DNA of 63,958 nt, the filler included, from an uncultured Myxococcia bacterium (GTDB lineage: Bacteria > CAZTWC01): assembly GCA_964617105.1 (NCBI GenBank). It is 4 parts of 4 records of this genome, joined end to end, with 100 filler letters (N's around TTAATTAATTAA, not from the genome) between each part and the next. Parts side by side here need not be neighbours in the genome. Positions count along the whole stretch, not along the records: positions 18,930 to 37,712 come from CAZTWC010000045.1; 3 more parts are not named here. One strand, given 5' to 3'. Positions 20,911-30,850 of the stretch are shown here, piece by piece. The notes below the pieces were generated by a model. That model was not told the origin of the DNA and ran no database searches. It worked only from the letters and a program-made list of their open reading frames with translations. A program made the position numbers and the translations under genes. How positions within the stretch are numbered: position 1 is the first letter of the stretch; each line of letters begins with the position of its first letter.

Positions 20911-21768
20911 ATGACAAATATGCGTTTAACCACTATTTTATTGGGAATTATGCTAGCCGGGTTTTGCCTGTTGACCTGTCCGGTTAATGCTGAAGAAGCC
21001 GTCCCGCCGGCAGCCGAAGCCGTCGCCCCGCCGCCCCCTCCCGCGCCTGAAACCCCTGAAGACAAGGCAAAAAAAATAGTTGCCGAGGCTATCTCCCTGG
21101 TAAAAGTCTATGCTGAAAGCCCTAAGAAAAATTTGTTCGGTGCATCAAAACTCTTGGATGAAGCAGAAAAGTTGCAGCCCAAGGATAAAAAGGTCCTCTT
21201 TGATCTCTATTATTGGAAGTCATTTATTAATTGCCGTATATCCAGCCAGAATATTGTCAAGGGAGCAGCCGCACAGATGAAGAAATATAAAATTGCAGAA
21301 AAATATGCGGACAAAATGATCAAAATCAATCCTAAAAGTGCTGAGGGTTATATGTGGAAAGGCAATTCCATTGCCCTTTGGGCTGATACCAAGGGAGTAT
21401 TGAACGCGCTTTTTGCTGTTCCAGATGTAAAGAAAAATTACAAAAAATGTATCCGTCTGGATCCTAAGCATCCGGTCTGCCTGACCTCCATGGGCGCCGT
21501 GTACCAGGCTCTTCCCTGGGTAGCAGGCGGCAGTACTTCCAAAGCCATGGATTTTTACGATAAAGCCCTGAAATTAAACGGCAAATATTCCTGGACTTAT
21601 CTCAAGAAGGCCAAACTGCTGGTCGCTGATGATGAATACAAAGATGCCCGGGAATTATTGCAAAAAGGTTTGAAATTAACTGCTAAAAACGAATACTGGC
21701 CCTGGGACTATATTGCCTACGAACGGAATAACCTGAAAAATCTTTTGAAAGAGATCAAAAATAAATAG
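20911..21768 (+). CDS. Secreted TPR protein
   Basis: Signal peptide, Pro-rich linker, TPR helices, LPWVAGG motif; AAGGAG SD before ATG 20911. Confidence 0.7.
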   Translation: MTNMRLTTILLGIMLAGFCLLTCPVNAEEAVPPAAEAVAPPPPPAPETPEDKAKKIVAEAISLVKVYAESPKKNLFGASKLLDEAEKLQPKDKKVLFDLYYWKSFINCRISSQNIVKGAAAQMKKYKIAEKYADKMIKINPKSAEGYMWKGNSIALWADTKGVLNALFAVPDVKKNYKKCIRLDPKHPVCLTSMGAVYQALPWVAGGSTSKAMDFYDKALKLNGKYSWTYLKKAKLLVADDEYKDARELLQKGLKLTAKNEYWPWDYIAYERNNLKNLLKEIKNK

Positions 21769-21832
21769 ATCCAGATAGATGAGGAAGTTGGATGGTGAAG
21801 GATTGGTCTGCCGCAACTGTGGCCAAGACGAA

Positions 21833-22294
21833 TTATTCCCGAGTCCAACTCCTCTTCACACCTTTTAAAAAGCACTTTTCCAGTATAGTTGGCGGCGAAT
21901 GGATAAATTTAATATACTGGGGGAAAAATTGTCCCTTTAGTTGAGCGTTGCCATGAAACACGCGAAACTCCATACGCGCCATTATGCTCCCCTCTAATTT
22001 TTTTGCCACTTTAGTAGGAAATCCTTGCTCCTGCAAATATGCCATGCCAAAATCGTGACGATTCAAAACCAGTTTACTGCCGGTAAAATAGCCTTTGTAT
22101 AGATGGTATCCGCCTGGAAGTTTTTGAGTGCCATGCACCAGGGGGCCCATTTGGGTTAGAGATATTTTTTCCAGTCCGTTGGGACCGGCGAATTTCCACA
22201 CCCCGCTGAGATTGCGCCCGAAGGTTCTAATCAGCAGTCCGAAAAGCACCAGAAAGAATATGATAACTACGAAGGAGAACATACCTATAACCAA
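21833..22294 (-). CDS. Hypothetical membrane-anchored protein
   Basis: N-terminal hydrophobic helix then NLSG.W beta-rich domain; start uncertain (ATG 22282 possible). Confidence 0.6.
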   Translation of the reverse strand: MVIGMFSFVVIIFFLVLFGLLIRTFGRNLSGVWKFAGPNGLEKISLTQMGPLVHGTQKLPGGYHLYKGYFTGSKLVLNRHDFGMAYLQEQGFPTKVAKKLEGSIMARMEFRVFHGNAQLKGQFFPQYIKFIHSPPTILEKCFLKGVKRSWTRE

Positions 22295-22359
22295 TATGAA
22301 ATTAACGATAAATAGCCCGAAGATTTTATTAACATCAACAATGAGGATTAAGAACGTGT

Positions 22360-23130
22360 TTAAATATTATTGCAATATTCATTCCAAAGATATTGGATTT
22401 TTGCTTCTAGTTTTGGATTGGTGAAGTTGTTCAGGTAGGGAGAAAAGGGTTTTTTCCGGGTGTGGTAGAGATCGAAAATGCCCAGTCGTTCATGTCTGAC
22501 ACCGATAATTATCCTGGCATATTGCTGATTGTATATATTATCAAACCGGGCCTCAAACCCTTTGGATATTAGGTAGAGTTCAAATTGTTTTGCCCGTTGC
22601 GCCAGGGGGGGCATTAAATCTTCACCTTGGTATTTTTGCCGATTATTGGGTTGTTTGACAGTTGGACTCGGGACAGTTTTTGAGGATGTTGGCTTTGGGC
22701 TGTCAGCACCCTCTTGGTCCTGTAATGCCCCTTGCTTGGCCAACTGGTCAACCCGGTCATTCCACTGGTCGCCACTATGGCTCTTTACCTTATGCCACAC
22801 TACTTTAACCGGGCATTCCCGCACCATTAAAGCATAGTTTTGAGTCAACTCTTTGTTGGCTTGCCATTTTCCCGTTGCCCAATGCTCAAGGCCGGTGTAA
22901 TCATAAAATAGATGCACTTTGGTTACCTGGTTGGCCTGGCACCATTTTAACGCTTCCATAACCGCGGTCAACTCTCCTCCCACCTGGCGGCTCGCCAGGG
23001 CATTTGGTTCTCTTACCGGTCCAAACATCTCCTTTTCAACCTGCCCCTCTTTCAAAATCACCGCCCCATAACCAATAGAGTCATAAATATAAGAGCCATC
23101 TACGTATATATGATAAACTGTTTCGCTCAT
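22360..23130 (-). CDS. rnhA: Ribonuclease HI with extra C-terminal domain
   Basis: YVDGS, GELTAV, YDY.G, KVKSHSGD.WND.VD.LAK catalytic motifs. Confidence 0.88.
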   Translation of the reverse strand: MSETVYHIYVDGSYIYDSIGYGAVILKEGQVEKEMFGPVREPNALASRQVGGELTAVMEALKWCQANQVTKVHLFYDYTGLEHWATGKWQANKELTQNYALMVRECPVKVVWHKVKSHSGDQWNDRVDQLAKQGALQDQEGADSPKPTSSKTVPSPTVKQPNNRQKYQGEDLMPPLAQRAKQFELYLISKGFEARFDNIYNQQYARIIIGVRHERLGIFDLYHTRKKPFSPYLNNFTNPKLEAKIQYLWNEYCNNI

Positions 23131-25481
23131 TCCTCTCCCAATACCTCTTGCCAGAAAGCCTGGAGCAAGTCCAGTTTTTCCCTTTTTAGGTTAAATACAA
23201 CCGGTTGGCCTGCTGCTTTAATTGGTAAATAGTTCTTCTGCTCTCCGTTGCCGGATGGAGCGAAAACCTGGAAACCACAGTTTTTGTCCGGACTGTGGAT
23301 GGTTACGTTATAGAGTATTTTTTTTCCCTCCGCAATTCCAGCGCCTAAGCCTTTCTTGGTGGGGCTATTCGTTTCAGAAGTCAGGCTGATTATTTGGTCA
23401 GTTTTTATGGTGGTCAAATAGGCCAGCAATTTATAGGCAACATCAATAGCCAGTGGCTGGGGATGGGGTTTTAAAATTTTCCAGTCGGTGTGCCGCTTTT
23501 GTAAAAGGATCTGCTTATCTTCTCTACGGATTTCTACCTGATCGATCTCCTCTGCTTTTAAGGAGCAGATTTTCATGGACAGCAATGATTTTCTCAACAA
23601 TTTTAACAAAGAACCTCTAAGCAAAATCAGCCTGTTCGGATTGGACAGGCGCGCCAGCAGCAAATTCTTAGGAATTTTTTGTTCTGAAAAGAGATCAAAA
23701 AAACAGGTGGACCGGTTGAAACGGTTGCACAAAGATTGGGCATCTTTGATGGTGATTAAACTGACAAATTCAATTATATGAGTGGAAATATTGGGTTCTA
23801 TACCGGTTTTGATGGTTAAACGAAAGATGGACGAGGAAAATTGGTCGGTTGGAATTTTATCCCCTTTTGGGTCCAGGAAGGCCAGGGCTCGTAAATCCGC
23901 TATTTTACCCAACACTGTATCTAGTTTTTTATTATCAGCCAGGGCAGAAATCGGCGAAGTCATCCGCCAATCCTCTAATAACTCTTTATGAAAATTACGC
24001 CTGGGAGTGGTTTGGTTATCAGGATCAATAATGGTCAGATCAAAGGCGTCATATTGGGAAAAGTCGAAAAGGCGCCTGGATTTGAAAAATTGTTTGTCAA
24101 ATTTAAAAAACCGGCTGGCCTTTTTTTCGGCCAATAATATAGCCTTATCCCCCTCTCTTTGCACTGCTGTCATCTTACCATCACACTCTGAAATCAGGGT
24201 TACTTTCTCTTTTAGTTTTCCATCCTGGTTATAGATGCTGATACTCTTCCTGTCCGCATGTGGCAAAGAAGGGCAATAGGCGGGCGCGGCCGCTTTTGTC
24301 TCTCTGGTCAAGGCAATCATCTTTAAGGCTTCCAGCAGGTTGGCCACCAATTCATCATCAACCTTCAGGAGATTATTTCCGGCAGTATTATCAGCAGAAG
24401 TTCGATTGCCAATCTTGGTATCATGGATAGCAAAGCGCCAGGAGCCTTTTTGATTTTCTAGCCGGAAATTATTGTTTTGGTGGTGAAATTCCAGAGCGCC
24501 TAACTCTTTTATGGAAAAATCGAACAGCCAGGGGTCATAAAAATACTCCAGGGACAAAGATAACATTCTTTCCAGGCTCTCTTCTATTTCCAATAATTCT
24601 TTGCCATTCTGCCGGCGAGCCAGGAGTTTATCCTTAACTTGGAAAAAAGAGATTGTTTCCAGTGATTTTCCTGCCAGGAACCCTATGGTGTATTCAGGTT
24701 TTTCTTCACGGGGTAACTCTGGTGTCAGAAACCGGTTTATCTGAAGGTTATTCAACTTGGCTAAGAAGCGAGTGACCTTGTGGCGGTCGGCCCGATTAGG
24801 CAGAAGGTGGTGATGGTTATCAAAAATCTGCCAGCTTTCCCCCTTTTTTTCCAGTTTAAAAAAAGAGCCATCTTTTTTTTGCAACCAAAGGGAGGTGAAC
24901 TGTTCTATTGGCAATCCCAACAATTTTTTAGCCCTCAATTTGGTCAGGCTCCAGTCCAGGGACTTGGCAAAACGCCCGTCAACCACCAGTATCTCCCGTA
25001 AATTATTTTGAACGGTCAGATCCCCTTTCTGTAAAAACACATTGTCGGTCAACTGTTCCTTGTTGCCGAAATGAAAATGGCTGCTTTCGTCTCCCATAGT
25101 GGTAATTTTTATGGAAAAATGGGGTGGTTTTAGACCATAAGCACTTATAGAAACATCTCCGGGTTGCTGAACCGGAACAATTTTTTCCAGATAGTTTTCT
25201 TCCTCTAATAGTTCCAGGCTGGTTTTGATCAGCGCCTGGTTGGCCAGATCCTTTAAAGGTGATTTCAATTGCCATTGACCTTGCTCTTTGGCCAATAGAA
25301 TTTCCAGATCTCCCTTTTTAAATAAAATTTCAATGATATCTTTGCTTTTAGTAAGAGATATCCGCTTTTTATAGGCCTCCAGAAGGTCTGGATCGGGGCT
25401 TTTTATCTCAAACAGCAAGATATAAACTCCCAGCAAGAGAGTCACCACAAATAAGATCAGGTTGGAACGTATACTCATCAA
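23127..25481 (-). CDS. DUF4340-domain membrane-anchored protein
   Basis: N-terminal TM, repeated W....P...AD/N...V modules, YGL..P; last gene of Gld-like ABC operon. Confidence 0.7.
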   Translation of the reverse strand: MMSIRSNLILFVVTLLLGVYILLFEIKSPDPDLLEAYKKRISLTKSKDIIEILFKKGDLEILLAKEQGQWQLKSPLKDLANQALIKTSLELLEEENYLEKIVPVQQPGDVSISAYGLKPPHFSIKITTMGDESSHFHFGNKEQLTDNVFLQKGDLTVQNNLREILVVDGRFAKSLDWSLTKLRAKKLLGLPIEQFTSLWLQKKDGSFFKLEKKGESWQIFDNHHHLLPNRADRHKVTRFLAKLNNLQINRFLTPELPREEKPEYTIGFLAGKSLETISFFQVKDKLLARRQNGKELLEIEESLERMLSLSLEYFYDPWLFDFSIKELGALEFHHQNNNFRLENQKGSWRFAIHDTKIGNRTSADNTAGNNLLKVDDELVANLLEALKMIALTRETKAAAPAYCPSLPHADRKSISIYNQDGKLKEKVTLISECDGKMTAVQREGDKAILLAEKKASRFFKFDKQFFKSRRLFDFSQYDAFDLTIIDPDNQTTPRRNFHKELLEDWRMTSPISALADNKKLDTVLGKIADLRALAFLDPKGDKIPTDQFSSSIFRLTIKTGIEPNISTHIIEFVSLITIKDAQSLCNRFNRSTCFFDLFSEQKIPKNLLLARLSNPNRLILLRGSLLKLLRKSLLSMKICSLKAEEIDQVEIRREDKQILLQKRHTDWKILKPHPQPLAIDVAYKLLAYLTTIKTDQIISLTSETNSPTKKGLGAGIAEGKKILYNVTIHSPDKNCGFQVFAPSGNGEQKNYLPIKAAGQPVVFNLKREKLDLLQAFWQEVLGEE

Positions 25482-25505
25482 TAATAACCTTTGGGCGCTA
25501 CTTTA

Positions 25506-26966
25506 TTAATATCTCCGCCTCCACCAAACCGCTACTCCGGCAATAATACTTAAAAAAGGCATAATTACCATCACCAGCAGAAAAATATAGACCATCTTTT
25601 TTTCGTTCAATACCAGGTGGACATTTTCCGGTCGTTTGGGACCCTCACCGATTAAATATCTCTGATCCAGCAGCCAGTTGATTATATTTAGAAAAAGATC
25701 CAAATTGCCGCTGCTGTCAATATGCAGATTGGAGATAAAATCGGAATCACCTACGGCTATCAACCGCATCTGGTCGCCGGCGCCCGAGGAGTCACCCACA
25801 CTCCAGGCCGCCTGTCCAAAAGATATAGGCCCCTCTAAATCCCTTTCATCTAGTTGGATATTTTCCAGGTTGTTCATGTCAGTTTCTCCCCAACCCTGGC
25901 CGGATGTTTGCAAAATATTTTCTATCTCCAGCCAATTGGGCACTTCGTCCGCCTCTTCCACTGAGCGAGCCAGAGTAAAGAGGGAGGGAATATCCTCCAT
26001 ACCCTGAGTAATAGGGTGAAAGCCGTAGTAATTTACATAGATAGTTTCCGGGCTGATATAGGGCAGGGCGCTGTCCGGATCTACCAGGATATCTTCTTGA
26101 AATTGCACGCCAAAGTCAAAAAGCATCTCCTCCAGGCCAGTTTTAAGATAGATCTTTTTATCTGGATCGTAAAGAGGGTCCAAAAGCAGCATCAGTTTTC
26201 CGCCACCGGTTATATGACGGCGCAATATGGAGATCTCTCTGACTAGCAGCGGGGTCTCCGGTCCGGCAATAATAACCAGATCACATTTTGCGGTTATTTT
26301 GTCTGCATCAATAGTATTAAAAGATCGCACTTTTAGATTTTGTTTCTGCAGGTAGGAGTTAACCTTGGCAAGTCCATCATCTTCAGACATATCCAAACGT
26401 CGCTCTCCATGGCCAATGGTGAAACAGACGGTCTTCTGTTTTTCTTGCACCAGCCGCAATATAGATGCAATAAAAGCCTGCTCTCCTTTGAAACTGGTCA
26501 TTTTGGGTGGCAGTCCCATAGACATATAGGTGCGGTCAAACTCCGCCAGATCTTTACTCTTCAGGTGTACCGTTCTTTTTTGATATTCAAATACCACCTG
26601 ATTGGGAGTTTTTATATTGTATTTGGCCAGCAGTAATTTGGCCCTGGCCGGGTCTTTCCGGGGATTAATTACTTGCACTTTTATCTTATCGCTGGTACTG
26701 ACAAACTGCTTTAATAACTCTTTTACCTCGTTAAGGGCAGGGAACTCGGCATTGATAAAAACTACTATCTGCAAGGGCGAATTCAACAGCGCCAATATTT
26801 GTTTACTCTTTTCAGAGATAGAGTAGATTCGGCTGCTGGTGGTGTCTATTCTTTGGTAATGACGGTAAAAAAGATAGTTAGTCATCAAGTAAATTGCTGT
26901 AATCAGCACTATTGAACAGCCTATATTCAGCCAGCGGGTGATATTTTTAGGTGAGACAACAACCAT
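25506..26966 (-). CDS. GldG-family ABC auxiliary component
   Basis: RID.T....YS.S, F..GHGE, IAGP, GG.L.LL.DP, VGDSDF, N.DLFLN..NWL. Confidence 0.85.
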   Translation of the reverse strand: MVVVSPKNITRWLNIGCSIVLITAIYLMTNYLFYRHYQRIDTTSSRIYSISEKSKQILALLNSPLQIVVFINAEFPALNEVKELLKQFVSTSDKIKVQVINPRKDPARAKLLLAKYNIKTPNQVVFEYQKRTVHLKSKDLAEFDRTYMSMGLPPKMTSFKGEQAFIASILRLVQEKQKTVCFTIGHGERRLDMSEDDGLAKVNSYLQKQNLKVRSFNTIDADKITAKCDLVIIAGPETPLLVREISILRRHITGGGKLMLLLDPLYDPDKKIYLKTGLEEMLFDFGVQFQEDILVDPDSALPYISPETIYVNYYGFHPITQGMEDIPSLFTLARSVEEADEVPNWLEIENILQTSGQGWGETDMNNLENIQLDERDLEGPISFGQAAWSVGDSSGAGDQMRLIAVGDSDFISNLHIDSSGNLDLFLNIINWLLDQRYLIGEGPKRPENVHLVLNEKKMVYIFLLVMVIMPFLSIIAGVAVWWRRRY

Positions 26967-27700
26967 TATCTATGACTCTTTTGCATTTTGATAGAGGACA
27001 ATATCACCAATAAAATGGTGGACAAGTAGTAAAATATGTGCCTGCTATCCAAAATTCCCCTGCTGAAATCGCGCATATGCTCCCATAGATTAAGGTAGGA
27101 AAACAGTTTTGATACCCAGCCGGAGGTGACTAGAAAAGATACCAGCCCCATGGAGAAGAGCAGGATTATGGTGGCAAAAGTGATAATAGCAGCCACTATC
27201 TGATTTTTACTTATAGATGAGAAAAATAATCCCACGGCTATAAAAACAGCTCCCAGCAGAAAGGTTCCTAAATAACCGGTCAAGATCGGTCCCAGATCGA
27301 TTTTGGTCTGTAGAGTTAATATTGCTACGTACACGCCGGAGGGAAGCCAAAGGCAGCAAAAAAACAGCAAGGCAGCCAGATATTTACCCAGAATTATTTC
27401 AGTTGCTGTTGTGGGCGCTGTGACCAGTAACTCTATAGTGCCGCTCCTTTTTTCCTCCGCCAGGAGCCGCATGGTAATGGTGGGGCAGATTATGAACATA
27501 AACAGCCAATAATAGAGGGTGCCGCCGAAAAACATCTGCAAAGCAGCTCCATGCGGAGTGAAGGGGTTATTCAACACCTGGATAATCATCCAGAATATGT
27601 AACCATTGATCATCAGGCAGGCGGTGAGCATAATGTAGGCGATGGGGGAAAAAAAATAGGCGTTCATCTCCCGCCGGATTATGGTGATGATATTATTCAT
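26966..27700 (-). CDS. GldF-like ABC-2 permease
   Basis: RRE..AYF.SP.AY, TMRL.AEE.RSGT.ELL.T.P, KNQIVA. Confidence 0.88.
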   Translation of the reverse strand: MNNIITIIRREMNAYFFSPIAYIMLTACLMINGYIFWMIIQVLNNPFTPHGAALQMFFGGTLYYWLFMFIICPTITMRLLAEEKRSGTIELLVTAPTTATEIILGKYLAALLFFCCLWLPSGVYVAILTLQTKIDLGPILTGYLGTFLLGAVFIAVGLFFSSISKNQIVAAIITFATIILLFSMGLVSFLVTSGWVSKLFSYLNLWEHMRDFSRGILDSRHIFYYLSTILLVILSSIKMQKSHR

Positions 27701-27741
27701 AATTAATTTTTCAATCTGCTTTACTAGTTGCTGTCTAAGAT

Positions 27742-28719
27742 TTAACTTTGTGGCAAATTATTCTTTTCAGTAATCTGAACAAAGAGATCCTCCAGACCTC
27801 CTTTTTCCCTTTTCATCTCTCTTATTACCCAATTGTTGCTTACCGCCAGGTGAAAAAGTTTTTCTCCCCAATGGCTATCGTCTAAAAAACCCTCTTGCTT
27901 TTTCAATAAAAATAGATACAAGTTATCCGGCTGATCATGGGTTTTCAGGGGAATGACCTCTTTAACACTTTTCGGTCCCAATATGTTGCGTAACTCGGTG
28001 GTAGCGCTTTTGGGCTCACATCGCATCTCCAACCGTATTTGCGAGCCGAGTTTTAAGGTTTGCCGTAATTTTTTCGCCTGTTCCTGAACAATAATTCTAC
28101 CCTGGTTGATAATCAGTATCCTCTGGCAGATGGCCTCTGCTTCCGGCAGGATATGGGTAGACAAGATAATAGTTTTATTCTGGGCCAAATTTTTTAGCAG
28201 GTTGCGGACTTTTATGATCTGGTTAGGATCCAAGCCTACAGAGGGCTCATCTAAAATAAGTACCGATGGATCAGCCAACAGGGTGTCAGCCAACACCACC
28301 CGCTGCCTATAACCCCGGGATAGTTGACCGCAAATTCGGTTTATCACTGGAGTTAGATCACAATTTTCCACTACTCTTTCGATGGCGCTGGTTAAGAATT
28401 TTCCCCTAATACTTTTTAGACCGCCTTTAAATTTAAGATATTCATCTACTCTCATCTCTGGATAGAGCGGAGCGTTTTCCGGCATATATCCGATTTTACG
28501 TTTTACTTCCAGGGGATCTTGGCAGACATCCACGCCGTTTACTTCTACTTTTCCGGAAGAGGGAGGGAAATAGCAGGAGAGAATCCGCATAGTAGTGGTC
28601 TTACCAGCGCCATTGGGGCCTAAAAATCCCAATATTTCACCCTGGTTGACCTTAAAGGAGATTTCTTTCAGCGCCTGGGTGTTGCCATAGAATTTGCTGA
28701 GATTTTCAACCTTGATCAT
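27742..28719 (-). CDS. GldA-like ABC ATP-binding protein
   Basis: GPNGAGKTT, LSRGYRQRV, ILDEP..GLDP, STH. Confidence 0.92.
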   Translation of the reverse strand: MIKVENLSKFYGNTQALKEISFKVNQGEILGFLGPNGAGKTTTMRILSCYFPPSSGKVEVNGVDVCQDPLEVKRKIGYMPENAPLYPEMRVDEYLKFKGGLKSIRGKFLTSAIERVVENCDLTPVINRICGQLSRGYRQRVVLADTLLADPSVLILDEPSVGLDPNQIIKVRNLLKNLAQNKTIILSTHILPEAEAICQRILIINQGRIIVQEQAKKLRQTLKLGSQIRLEMRCEPKSATTELRNILGPKSVKEVIPLKTHDQPDNLYLFLLKKQEGFLDDSHWGEKLFHLAVSNNWVIREMKREKGGLEDLFVQITEKNNLPQS

Positions 28720-28889
28720 TAGTATTTCCTGCTTTAGAAACCAATTTCGATATACTACAGTTATTTGAATTTATAATCAATAACTTGTTGAGTTGATTTC
28801 GATTGGTAAACTTTTTTGTTTCATATTTTGAAGAATAATGGTAATAATAAAATTTATAACAATAAATTTTTGGTGATTTGAGGATAAAT

Positions 28890-29696
28890 ATGAAAAACTT
28901 TTTTGTTTTTTACCGTGGAAAAGAGATTCAATTTTCTGGCCGAATCAACGAATTTACCGATTTCAAGGGGGTTTTGGCCACCCTTGACCATCAAGAAAAA
29001 GAGAGGGTGTTAAATTTAGAAAAAATCACTTATATAAACTCTTTTGGCGTTCGCTCCTGGGTCAAATTTATATCTCAGATAAAAATTCCACCCGTGTTAA
29101 TAAAATGTTCTCCTGTTATGGTGGAGCAATTTAGTTGTATTCCGGAAACCCTTGCTAACTGCAAGTTGCAGTCTTTTATCTGTGAATATTCCTGCCTGTA
29201 TTGCAAACAGGAATTTTACCACGAACTGTTTTGTGATGATTTTTCACAGCAGGGACCCTGGAATCCGCCTCAGGTTAATTGTCCAAGTTGTAGAAAGCCC
29301 GCCATCTTTCCCGGAGAGGAAAACTATTTCTATTTTTTAGAGGATGTTTTTTCCACAAAAAAACTTAAAACCGAAAACCCAGATGATTTAAGATGCGAGA
29401 TGAAACCGATTGATATAACTGTGGAAATCAACAATTTAACCACCGGAGAAAATATTCAAGGACAGGCAAAAACTATTTGCCAGAAGGGGATGTTTCTCTA
29501 TTGCCGGGATAAAATAGTAAAGGGTCAAAATCTTATCATTCAATTTAATTTGCCCGAATCTTCTTTTAAGCATAAGGTAAACTCTATTGTTCACCGGGTT
29601 GACCAGCGAGGTGGGGGATTAGAAATTAAATTTATCAATCCACATTCATCTATGCAAAAAGAGATCCAAGAGTATATTCAAAAATTTTATTCCTAA
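28890..29696 (+). CDS. STAS-like + Zn-ribbon + degenerate PilZ domain protein
   Basis: G.INE, I.YINS.GVR.W, CxxC...CxxC, C-terminal PilZ-like beta barrel (GMFL...G.EIKF). Confidence 0.7.
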   Translation: MKNFFVFYRGKEIQFSGRINEFTDFKGVLATLDHQEKERVLNLEKITYINSFGVRSWVKFISQIKIPPVLIKCSPVMVEQFSCIPETLANCKLQSFICEYSCLYCKQEFYHELFCDDFSQQGPWNPPQVNCPSCRKPAIFPGEENYFYFLEDVFSTKKLKTENPDDLRCEMKPIDITVEINNLTTGENIQGQAKTICQKGMFLYCRDKIVKGQNLIIQFNLPESSFKHKVNSIVHRVDQRGGGLEIKFINPHSSMQKEIQEYIQKFYS

Positions 29697-29735
29697 TCCT
29701 CTGTTACTACCTATTCCTGATCCTCTATTACTACC
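29688..29735 (+). repeat. 24-bp tandem duplication
   Basis: tattcctaatcctctgttactacc / tattcctgatcctctattactacc (2 mismatches). Confidence 0.9.
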
Positions 29736-30785
29736 ATGGATATGAAACGCCACTATTACGAAGATATCCAGTTCCTAAAGAACAAAGAGATCCTGGTTTG
29801 GTTTGTTCTGTTGCTGGCTTTCCTGGTGGCTTATCCCTTTATTTTTGATGACTATCATGTATACATGGCCAATTATATGGTTATCAACGTAATTGTTGCC
29901 ATTGGTCTCAATTTGCTGGTAGGTTTTACCGGTCAAATTTCTTTAGGGCATGCCGGTTTTTTTGCCATTGGCGCTTACGGAGTGGTGGTATTGATGGCCC
30001 AGGCGGGTCTACCTTTTTTGTTGGCCTTGCCTTTGGCCGGTCTGATAGCCGCCCTGGCAGGATTTCTGCTGGGATTGCCGGCGCTTCGTTTGGAAGGACC
30101 ATATCTCTCTATCGCCACTTTAGGATTTGGTGTTACCATCACCCAGGTGATTGGAAAAATCGATATATTAGGAGGTAGGCAGGGGTTGCATACTCCAACC
30201 CTGGCCATTGGTTCTCTGCAAATAGACACCGATAGAAAGTTTTACTTTCTACTGATCTGTGTGGCTCTTATATTGGCTCTGGCCGCCCGCAATCTGGTCA
30301 AGACCAAGGTGGGGCGGGCACTGGTGGCTATTCGAGATGCCGAGGTGGCAGCCCAGACTATGGGCGTAAACCTGATGTTCTATAAAACCCTGGCCTTTGC
30401 CATCAGCGCTTTTTATACTGCGGTGGCAGGAGGGTTATACGCCTTTGTGCTACGTTTTATTGAACCGGAGATGTTTAGTTTGATGTTGTCCATCATGTTT
30501 TTATCCATGGTGGTGGTGGGCGGCCTGGGTTCTATCCCCGGAGCCATAGCCGGCGCTCTACTCCTCTCCTGGTTGGATTTGGAATTAAGAGATATTCTCA
30601 ATATTCCCTATCTGGGAAAATGGCTAGAGCAACTTTCTCAAAGTTATTTTTCCATAACCGGAGTTTCCAATATCCAGTTTATTGTTTTCGGACTGATAAT
30701 GGTGCTCATAATGCTCTATGAGCCCCGGGGTTTATATGGTATTTGGTTGAGGATTAAGAAGTATTTTTTAACCTGGCCTTTTTGA
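29736..30785 (+). CDS. livM: Branched-chain amino acid-type ABC permease
   Basis: GLNLL.GFTGQISLGHA.FFAIGAY, LRL.G.YL.IATL, GRAL.AIRD. Confidence 0.88.
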   Translation: MDMKRHYYEDIQFLKNKEILVWFVLLLAFLVAYPFIFDDYHVYMANYMVINVIVAIGLNLLVGFTGQISLGHAGFFAIGAYGVVVLMAQAGLPFLLALPLAGLIAALAGFLLGLPALRLEGPYLSIATLGFGVTITQVIGKIDILGGRQGLHTPTLAIGSLQIDTDRKFYFLLICVALILALAARNLVKTKVGRALVAIRDAEVAAQTMGVNLMFYKTLAFAISAFYTAVAGGLYAFVLRFIEPEMFSLMLSIMFLSMVVVGGLGSIPGAIAGALLLSWLDLELRDILNIPYLGKWLEQLSQSYFSITGVSNIQFIVFGLIMVLIMLYEPRGLYGIWLRIKKYFLTWPF

Positions 30786-30850
30786 GAATCCGTATGCATC
30801 TTTGTCATAACCTATTCTCAATATTGATAAATTAAGGAACGAATAACAAT

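Noticed and set aside
23127-28719. Gld-like ABC operon as evidence of Bacteroidota-type gliding
   Set aside because: GldA/F/G + DUF4340 operons are widespread in non-gliding bacteria; no T9SS or gld core genes here
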